This document shows positions 29,453-37,348 of a stretch of DNA of 64,000 bases, in pieces (the stretch's first letter is position 1; each line of letters begins with the position of its first letter). The notes below the pieces were generated by a model. The model made no database searches. It saw only the letters and a list, made by a program, of their open reading frames with translations, and had not been told where the DNA came from. Source of the stretch: a virus (lineage: Duplodnaviria; Caudoviricetes); the IMG/VR virus record IMGVR_UViG_3300017700_000931, positions 256,001 to 320,000 of that record; one strand, given 5' to 3'. The translations under genes were made by a program, and so were the position numbers.

Positions 29453-31406
29453 TTATGTTTGAAAACAACCATTATCACAACCCAATTCACCACATCGCCA
29501 GATACCATGAGGTGAAACTTTAAGCATTGCTCCGTGTCTAATACAATATGGCGATTGTAAGCCATCGTTATGGTCTTTTAAATACACCTTACCGCTTGAC
29601 ACGCTATCAATACCGTTTGGTACTGATGGGTTAAAGTTGGCCATTTCTTTAATGTCAATTATTTTCATGTTGGTAAACCAAATTAGTCTTGGTAATTCCT
29701 TTATTATTTTTACCTGCACAAGTAATCATGAATCGACCATCTTCAAACAATTCCGGCTGACCATCCTTATCAAGTTTGCACATATGTATGGTTTCATCTT
29801 CTTCCTTAACAATAAAGAATAATCCATCGTTCCAAGAGAAGGAAGGTAATTCACATTTCATATGAATCACCTCAAATGTTGTAATGTTTGTTTTAGACAT
29901 ACTAAGTTATTTAATACAATATTACTTTTTGCGTAAATTCTTTTTACGTCTTTCTTCGGCATACTTTTTCAATCGCTCTTTATCCTCACGAGTTAAGAGT
30001 TCACCTTTTCGCTGTTTGAATTGTAATTCCTCAATTGAAAAAACGTGGGCTTTATAGTAATCTATTGTTCTTGGTAACATCATAACTAATTACTTTGCTT
30101 GTTTAATTGCGTGAAATGCGTTATAAATTTTAACTTCTTTTTCGTCATCAGTATGAACAAATTTTGGAAGTACTGCTTCAATACCAATCATTGCAACATC
30201 TAATGCTTTCTTCATTTTGTCATTTTGTTCAATAAGCTGTCCGGCATCAGTCTCAGCAAGTTTTTTTAGGTCCTCAATTATATTAAGAACTTGTCTCATC
30301 TCAGAACGCAAAAACAATGCTTCGTTTTCACTTAAATTATGGTACTTATCATACTCAGACAATAACTTAGCATGTTGGTCTTCCCACTTTTTAATCAATG
30401 TTTTAATCATACCTTATGGTTTAATAATGTTAGAAATCGTAATCAATTCTTCTTCATTCGGAGCTGACTCAAATAGGCCATCATCAAAATGTTTAATCAA
30501 TTGTCGCACATCATCATCTGCATGTTCATCACCAAAATATAATTGTACAATTCCTTCAATGGCTGAATTATCGTCAGGCAATGTTCGTGCAACAACCTCC
30601 AGAATTTTCTGACTTTCCACATATTTTCGACTGACCACCCAATCTTCTCGTGGTTCAAGCACATTAGCAATAGCAATTAATTGCTCATCACTTAATGTTT
30701 CTAAATCTTTTCTGGTATACATAGCAAATTGATTTTGACAAATGTAGTGATTATTTTTGAATCCACCAAATTAAATATGAATCTTATTTTTACAAGTGGT
30801 GCATTCCCACCAAAATTGACGACCAGCAAACCCAAGACCCATTGTTAATATACCAAAGAATAATGTTTCACCAGCACTTTGGTCCGAGCGTTTAATGTGA
30901 CTTGTTTCTTTCTTACATTTTGAGCAATCCAATTTTTGAACCTTCATAATTATTTGAATAACGATTGTCTGGTAAAAACCTTTACATATTCCTTATTAAA
31001 TAATTCAGCATAGACTAGTGTTGGTACTCTATCTGGTAGAACATCGCCTTCATCCTTATAAGTAACAGTGAATAATTCTAATGCATCAGTAATGCTGTTC
31101 TTCTTCACTTCAAAGGCCACGCCTTCTTTAAACGACTGAGATTTATACAATCCCTCAGCGGCAAAAATATCTTGAAATTTCATATTAGTAAGGAAAATGG
31201 AAGTAAGTATTGTTTAATGCACATAAAAACACGGAATACATTAGTATCATCCCCGCTGACAAGAATATAAAATATGCTGTTGACATATCATCTTGCCCAT
31301 AGAATTTATACAACTTCTTTACGGAATCACCAACTGTTGCTGCAATGAATACATGTGTAAGGAATGTCATCGCAATTGAAATCAGAATAATAATTGTTGC
31401 TGTCAT
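29453..31406 (-). CDS. run of hypothetical proteins (29453-29719, 29655-29900, 30090-30410, 30414-30722, 30950-31183, 31185-31406)
   Basis: ORF track; internal promoters at 30739-30770 and 31411-31442. Confidence 0.7.
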
Positions 31407-31448
31407 GTGACAAATATAATGATTAATTTTGATTCCACCAAATAAATT

Positions 31449-31940
31449 TTATTCTTTATTTGATGCTCTGGTTGGAATGCCAATCATCATATCCCAGATT
31501 TTATATACGTCACCTTTAGTTAGTTCATCAGTTCCTTCCGATTGTGGTTTACCAAATATGAGATGATTAAGTTCTTTTTGTTCTGATTCAGATTTTGATT
31601 CCCACCAAATTAATGCTTCTTCCATTGGTTTAGTTTGATTATACCATTCAATACCTCTAACCAATGAAGCCCACGTTTTTTCAATTGAATGAAATGCTAA
31701 ATAATTACCAGTTAATGACCTATGTTCAGAATGTTCGAATTCATGCTTACCTAATTTAAATTTCAAGTCCCTGAATTTAACCCAAGCTATCATTAACCAC
31801 TGATAATTACTATGAAATTGTAAACTAAATGATGGTGATGGAACTCCTTTAGTTGGGTCATCGCACATTCCATTTACGTGTACTTTTAGGTCTATGAACT
31901 CAGCAATAATTGAATTACCATATTTAAATCTTTCTTCCAT
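31449..31940 (-). CDS. two-module hypothetical protein
   Basis: N..IAEF...FHSNYQWL phage motif plus a C-terminal WW-helix module shared with 26071 and 50270. Confidence 0.7.
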   Translation of the reverse strand: MEERFKYGNSIIAEFIDLKVHVNGMCDDPTKGVPSPSFSLQFHSNYQWLMIAWVKFRDLKFKLGKHEFEHSEHRSLTGNYLAFHSIEKTWASLVRGIEWYNQTKPMEEALIWWESKSESEQKELNHLIFGKPQSEGTDELTKGDVYKIWDMMIGIPTRASNKE

Positions 31941-31942
31941 AA

Positions 31943-32977
31943 TTATTTCGTTAGTGTATTAACCTCAATCTTCTTTGATATCCAATGGCCATGTGAATTA
32001 TTAATCAATTGTCTAAACTCTGGCCGGACAAACTTAGCTACTGACCTTCTAAAATCAATATAATTAAATTCATCTGCAATCCTCACAACATAACCCTCAT
32101 TAGTCTTCTCATGATTGCTGAATGCTTCTATAATACTATCCTTATCATAGATACCATCATAAATTACTGGTACCATTTCAAGACCAAGTATCTTAGAGTA
32201 TTCAACTGTTTCATCCCAAGATAAGCATCTATTATCCATCCACATCGAAAACATCATAAAGTACGATTTAAGATTATCATACTTTACTGTGTGAACAGCA
32301 TACAAGTTCTCACCACAAATACGCATATTATCATCGAGCATATACCCAATTTGAGACCATAAACCTTTCACCCAATTGCGTGTTTCATGTGAGGCAGTTT
32401 CTAATGACCTAGCATGGATGTAATCATTATACATGGTGGTATTTTCACCATCCATCTTAAGTGATACAATAACCCTCTTACCAATGAAATGGCTATCATC
32501 TTTTAATATCCGGTCATCCTTTAATAAATGACTCCAAGGTAGGTGATATGTTCTAGGATATTTAACATGTTTTTGGAATAGGTCTAAGACACCGCCTTGT
32601 TGGAGAATTCGTTGTACTGATTCATCGTAGAATAATTCGCCTTTGATTCGTAGTCCGGTTGGGGTTATGATGTTACCCCATTTATCGTATGTGTAATCTG
32701 AATAGAAATGCTCTGGTAATACAATATTTTCTATACCAATTTTATTTCTAATTTCATCACAAGTGAGTGTTGTTTGTTCAGCTTCGATATGGTGTTGTTC
32801 ACAAAGGGATGCACCGTTGTTTAGATAGTAACCACCATCATGAAATAATCTACGTTCTATGATATGGTGAGCGTCCTTGGCTGGATTACCACAAATGATA
32901 CATTTGAAACCATCTCGTTCAAATGTTCCATTTCTAAATTCATCTCGTGATATGAGTTTATTTTTTTCGATAATCAA
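31943..32977 (-). CDS. ATP-dependent RNA ligase (Rnl2-like nucleotidyltransferase) with an N-terminal HNH domain
   Basis: KYPRT.HLPWS, motif I KMDG, RICGENL, FMMFSMW, EGYVVR, VAKFVR; N-terminal CIICG..AKDAHHII...NGASLCEQHH. Confidence 0.85.
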   Translation of the reverse strand: MIIEKNKLISRDEFRNGTFERDGFKCIICGNPAKDAHHIIERRLFHDGGYYLNNGASLCEQHHIEAEQTTLTCDEIRNKIGIENIVLPEHFYSDYTYDKWGNIITPTGLRIKGELFYDESVQRILQQGGVLDLFQKHVKYPRTYHLPWSHLLKDDRILKDDSHFIGKRVIVSLKMDGENTTMYNDYIHARSLETASHETRNWVKGLWSQIGYMLDDNMRICGENLYAVHTVKYDNLKSYFMMFSMWMDNRCLSWDETVEYSKILGLEMVPVIYDGIYDKDSIIEAFSNHEKTNEGYVVRIADEFNYIDFRRSVAKFVRPEFRQLINNSHGHWISKKIEVNTLTK

Positions 32978-33335
32978 TTATTTCTTCACCTTTATCATGG
33001 TTACACTCATAACAAAGTGTTTGTAAATTATTCTTTCTATTCAATCCACCTTTAATTAATGGTATGATATGGTCAATAGTAAGTGGGTTATTTTTGGAAC
33101 CAACAGACAAACACTTTAAACAAGCATTTCCATCACGTTTAAAAATGTTTAGTCTAAGAGATTTTCTAACCCGATTTTTTTTTGGCCGGATACCATATTT
33201 GAAATTTGTGTTTATTGTGTTTGGTATTTCAATTAGTCGTTTTGGTTTTTTGACTAATGGGTAAGGTGTTTCATCAACATTACCACAATTATAGCAGACA
33301 TATCTGATAAATTCATGCCCACACGAACACAACAT
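32958..33335 (-). CDS. HNH endonuclease
   Basis: IFKRDGNACLKC...LTIDHIIPLIKGG.N..NNLQTLCYECN..K. Confidence 0.9.
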   Translation of the reverse strand: MLCSCGHEFIRYVCYNCGNVDETPYPLVKKPKRLIEIPNTINTNFKYGIRPKKNRVRKSLRLNIFKRDGNACLKCLSVGSKNNPLTIDHIIPLIKGGLNRKNNLQTLCYECNHDKGEEIIDYRKK

Positions 33336-33336
33336 A

Positions 33337-33567
33337 TTATTGTTCGTTACGAAGTTTACAGAATTTACAGTTACCCTTATGGGTTAAAAAATCGGCTTGA
33401 CTACTAATGTTAGTAACACGCCCAATATATTCACAACTATCTATTGTGTATGTATTGAGTGTTCTACCATCAATAACGATATCTGTTGTTTCAACACTAA
33501 CATTAGCATTGGGATAATCACATGATGTGATTACTAGCAATGAAATAAAGAGTATAATTGTTCTCAT
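33337..33567 (-). CDS. putative lipoprotein
   Basis: LLVITS-C lipobox. Confidence 0.7.
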   Translation of the reverse strand: MRTIILFISLLVITSCDYPNANVSVETTDIVIDGRTLNTYTIDSCEYIGRVTNISSQADFLTHKGNCKFCKLRNEQ

Positions 33568-33589
33568 ATTATAATATTATTTAAAAAAT

Positions 33590-33809
33590 GTTACTTATAA
33601 AACGTCGGATTCGTAAAAACTAAGTAACTTTTCTGTATGATGTTTTTAGCACCCAAGGTATCTTCAAGGAATAAATTCCTACATGAACACCAAACCTCCA
33701 CAGAAAATGTTTTCGTTCCAAGTACAGATGAAATGTTTATACCGCTACTCAAGTTATGTCGTTTCCGAGCTTTCTTTTTTGCAAGAGGAAGTAAGATACT
33801 GACCTCCCC
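33590..33809 (-). ncRNA. ~220-nt structured RNA candidate with a loop-to-distal pseudoknot
   Basis: 7-bp 5' hairpin whose loop GTATCTT matches distal AAGATAC; 8-bp, 7-bp and 8-bp further helices; a TCG-GAAA-CGA tetraloop. Confidence 0.5.
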
Positions 33810-33823
33810 ATTCACTGTTTAAC

Positions 33824-33953
33824 TGGTGTGCCACAAGGGAATCGAACCCCACACTTTCCCAGAACAACGCTCCGTCGAGCCTTTCATCAGGTTACCCCGT
33901 ATATTATTGTTTTAACATAGCTGTCCGGCCCACTAAAACTCAATATGCAGCAC
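33824..33953 (-). ncRNA. 130-nt tRNA-shaped RNA with encoded CCA and an enlarged anticodon domain
   Basis: GTGCTGC/GTGGCAC acceptor + ACCA, TTCGATT T-loop, CCGGA/TCTGG stem enclosing ~60 nt. Confidence 0.75.
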
Positions 33954-33960
33954 AAGTAAA

Positions 33961-34079
33961 AGATTGGTTCCCATTAAAAGTATCCATCAGCTCAACAAAG
34001 GGCCTCGTGTCCCAAAAAAGCAGATACTCCGTTCTTTATTTCTTTATTTTATTTGCTTGATTCGGTAAGGAACCAATCT
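33961..34079 (-). ncRNA. 119-nt structured RNA candidate
   Basis: AGATTGGTTCC/GGAACCAATCT 11-bp closing stem; internal AGTATC/GATACT helix. Confidence 0.5.
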
Positions 34080-34083
34080 TTTG

Positions 34084-34184
34084 TGGGCGCAGAGGGATTC
34101 GAACCCCCATCACTCTCATAGAAGTTGGACCAGTTGCAACTGGTTTTCCCCCTCAAGTCGACATCCCCTTAGTCGCACACGCCC
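34084..34184 (-). tRNA. atypical 101-nt tRNA-like gene (possible GCA anticodon in an extended, bulged arm)
   Basis: GGGCGTG/TGCGCCC-A acceptor, CGAC/GTCG D-arm, GGGGG-TTCGAAT-CCCTC T-arm; non-canonical middle. Confidence 0.65.
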
Positions 34185-34218
34185 AAATTAAAAAATAATG
34201 ACACCCATTTCTAAGTGG

Positions 34219-34661
34219 AATGATTAGCAAGGCATCAAACATCCAAGCACCCTATTTAGTTATCTCTATGGTAACGTTTTAATCATCTTACAATAAACAA
34301 CATCACCTTAGCGTGATTATAACGAATGGATTTGGGCCTTTAATGTCAGTCGCACGACGTGTTATATCCTCACCACTCCAATTCCGTACCCCCTAACTCA
34401 GATATACACCTGCTGACCATTACGTTTAACAGGGTCGCCAATTTCGGCTTAATTTTCATCTGAGGATTGGTTGCATCTATTGTTTGTTACTGCTTATCTT
34501 CAGTAGTCATTATTTTTATGAGTGAGTATGACGTATGCCGTCCTTTGGATTTACCCGCAGACCAACGGTTCTCTCACCCATGTTTTTATAAAAATAGAAT
34601 CACTTTCATAATCAGGACCATTTTTATTCGGTGTGCCTCACCAACATGATTACTAATCACT
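34219..34661 (-). ncRNA. ~440-nt large multi-helix RNA candidate
   Basis: End-to-end 10-bp + 6-bp pairing with G-U pairs on the minus strand; internal 9-, 7-, 6-, 6- and 5-bp helices; no long minus-strand ORF. Confidence 0.65.
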
Positions 34662-34697
34662 ATCTATTTTTCAATACTTCAAAGAACTATTCTATTG

Positions 34698-34787
34698 TGG
34701 CGATACTGTGAATCTAACACAGTTTTGCAAAAATTACAGAATCAGTATCTGTGTCATCTAGCCGTCCTAACATTAGACGATACCGCC
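34698..34787 (-). tRNA. atypical 90-nt tRNA-like gene (Glu/Gln-type body, CTG in the anticodon hairpin)
   Basis: GGCGGTA/TATCGCC-A acceptor, GTC-TAATGTTAG-GAC D-arm, 10-nt insertion, ACAGA-TACTGAT-TCTGT, CTGTG-TTAGATT-CACAG. Confidence 0.6.
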
Positions 34788-34792
34788 AATTA

Positions 34793-35754
34793 TTAATTAT
34801 ATTCTAGGATATTTTCAATTAAAACATCCCCAACTTCATTTTCAAAATCAATATTCTTTATGATGGTTTGATTCTCCAAAACCAATACATCATGTTCATT
34901 GAGGGCCATCACTCTTCGTGTTGGTTCACCGTCCTGATAAAGGTCAAACACCATTCCTCGTTTCATCACCAAGTTATTCATTACCTGTTATTCGCTTCCA
35001 TATAACTCCAATCAATAAGCAAATTGCTCCAATGATTAAAAGTTCTAGAAATGTTATATCACAAGGAAGTATCATAATATTTTAATCAATTACTACAACA
35101 CCAATGTTATTATCAATACAAAAATTTTGAATGGCTTCATCAAATAATGTTATATCGCCAAACATCCGGTAGACTCTAAGTGTGTTTGCACTTGGGGAAT
35201 ACTTACCATCAAAATGAACACAAGTTCCATTTACTTCAATTCGTTCTTGTCGGTAGGTTTTTCTATCGTCTTTCATTGGTTCATTTATTTTGACAAAGAT
35301 AAGTAGAAAATTTCAATCTACCAAATAAAAATCAAAATAATTTACAACAATAATAAAACTAATGCAGCAAAGCCGGATAATACATAGGCTGTAATACCAA
35401 CACTAATAACTCCATAACCAGTAAATCTGAGTTTTAATTCTTTAAAACCGCCATTATATAGGTCACTAATAACCCAATTAAATGTCCAGAAAAGTACTGG
35501 TATCATCCATGCAATCAAATATTCATCTTTCATTTTATGTTGTTTTAAATAACTACTTCACCATCTTCATCCAGTTCACACCACTCTTGAACACACTCAT
35601 CAAAAGTTTCTTCATCATCACAATCTGAATATGTAAAGATTCGACCATTCCAATAACATACCATCATTTCAGTTTCATTCCATTCAGGACATTTTACTAG
35701 ATATTTGGTATCTACTTTTAATTGATTTTCAGTATTAAATCTATGTTTGTACAT
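34793..35754 (-). CDS. small hypothetical proteins (34793-34981, 35082-35276, 35342-35533 membrane, 35545-35754)
   Basis: ORF track. Confidence 0.7.
35294..35325 (-). promoter_or_regulatory. promoter upstream of the ncRNA island
   Basis: TATCTTTG 35294-35301 and TTTG 35322-35325 on the minus strand, 20-nt spacer. Confidence 0.85.
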
Positions 35755-35860
35755 AATAATATTTTATTGTTCCAGCAAATTTACAAAATAATTTTCAAAT
35801 AATTAGGAATATCAAAAGTTATTTATTATATTTGTATTCTAAATCATTAAAACCAATCGT
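35755..35860. promoter_or_regulatory. divergence point of the two gene arms
   Basis: Plus promoter TTAG 35803-35806 / TATATTTG 35827-35834; minus -7-like TAAATTTG 35776-35783 without a clear -33 box. Confidence 0.7.
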
Positions 35861-36393
35861 ATGACAAAGACACACATTGTTTTAGACTTACATTATACTC
35901 CAGATGAAGGCCAAGAATGTTTTGATGGTACCAAAGAGGAATGCGAAAACTTTGCTGCAACACAGTCTCCACACTTTATGTACAAAGTTGTTCCTATGAC
36001 TGAAGAAGAAATGAATACTCACCCAGATAACCAAACGAAGTAATGGAATTAACTGACCAACAAATGTTAGATGGTGTTCTTGGTGTTATTGAAAATGGAA
36101 TATTAGTTTGTTCTGTTACTAAACTACCAATAACTAAAGTTTCATTACTTAGTACTAAGTTTGAAGACATTTGGGTTAGTGTTTCTATGTCTAATAAGGA
36201 TAATACTATTCAAGTCCATGAATGTGATACTTTATTTCAAGCATTACTTTTTATGGATAAGCAAGAAGTGAAAGATGGTGAAACATTATTTGCCAGCTTC
36301 ATGGTGAACCGGATGAACCCAACCAAGTTAATAACTACTATGGGTAACATTGAAGCAATAACCAAGTATTTGAATACTGATAAAATAAATTAA
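35861..36393 (+). CDS. hypothetical proteins (35861-36043, 36043-36393)
   Basis: ORF track, TAATG coupling. Confidence 0.75.
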
Positions 36394-36783
36394 AAATTAT
36401 TATGATAGTAGAACCACCAAAAACACTGGAAGACTTTGAGGGTATTAAAAAGACAATCCTAGAACTTATGGAAAACCCTTTTTGTGATGAAGGTATGCGT
36501 TTAACCTTAACTCAAAAGCTTAATAAAATAAACGCCAAAATTGAGGAATTAAAATCTCAAAATAATTTAGATTAAATTATGGTGCTAAAAGAAAAACATA
36601 TAACATTTAGTTTTGTACTTAATATTGGTTTAGGGTTTGTGAAAAGTGATGTTGGAGTAATTGGTGAGTATAAATTTAAAAGTAAAATTTTTATGCTTCC
36701 TTTTTTTGCGATAACATATACTAAAGTATTTGTAGGAAACATAGATTAATTTATAGCTATCATTTATTTATAAAATACCCTGT

Positions 36784-37281
36784 ATGATTCAAACAGATAG
36801 ATTAGTACTAAATGAATTAACTGGTTCTGATGTACCAATGATTGTTGAATGTTATAATATTCCAGAGATTAGAAAAGCAATGCCGGACTTACCAAAAAAC
36901 TTCACTAAGTCTATGGCAAAGGAAGTGGTTGAAAGACAAAAATTCAATAGAGAATGTGATATACAACATTTATTCGCTATTCGATTGAAAGGTTCTAGTG
37001 AATTGATTGGGTGCGTTTCTGTTCACAATATTAGATGGGGTGATGCAGAGATTGGCTATTGGTTAGTACCTAAGCATTGGAAGAATGGCTATGCCACTGA
37101 GTCTACTAAAGCGGTGATTGATTATACTTTGAACACACTGAAGGTTAAGAATATTTATGGTCATTTTGAAAAAAATAATATTGCCTCACAAAAAGTATTA
37201 AGTAAATGTGGGTTAAACCAACATAGGGTGTTAACTGCCAGCATTATGTTTAAGTTGGTTAATGACTCTATTGAAAAATAA
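36784..37281 (+). CDS. GNAT N-acetyltransferase, RimJ/RimL family
   Basis: IQTDRLVL, LIGCV, AEIGYWL.PKHWKNGYATE, NIASQKVL.KCG. Confidence 0.9.
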   Translation: MIQTDRLVLNELTGSDVPMIVECYNIPEIRKAMPDLPKNFTKSMAKEVVERQKFNRECDIQHLFAIRLKGSSELIGCVSVHNIRWGDAEIGYWLVPKHWKNGYATESTKAVIDYTLNTLKVKNIYGHFEKNNIASQKVLSKCGLNQHRVLTASIMFKLVNDSIEK

Positions 37282-37348
37282 ATATAAAATTATTTGGTCA
37301 ATCCAAATTATTGTATTATATTTGTGATGTCATTAAAAACCAACCATC

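Noticed and set aside
33851-33892. Hammerhead ribozyme (CTGATGA ... GAAA) inside the 130-nt element
   Set aside because: Stem II does not abut GAAA and stems I and III with a cleavage triplet could not be formed
33824-33953. True tmRNA (ssrA)
   Set aside because: Too short, G3-C70 instead of G3-U70, no tag reading frame or pseudoknot series
34467-34649. 60-aa plus-strand ORF
   Set aside because: Antisense to the arm, inside the structured RNA, no promoter
34219-34661. Group I intron, RNase P RNA or tmRNA identity for the large RNA
   Set aside because: Only a partial TCAGCAGG match; no P7 GACTA/TAGTC pair, no GAGGAAAGTCC or matching 3' RNase P motif, no alanyl acceptor stem; no interrupted host gene
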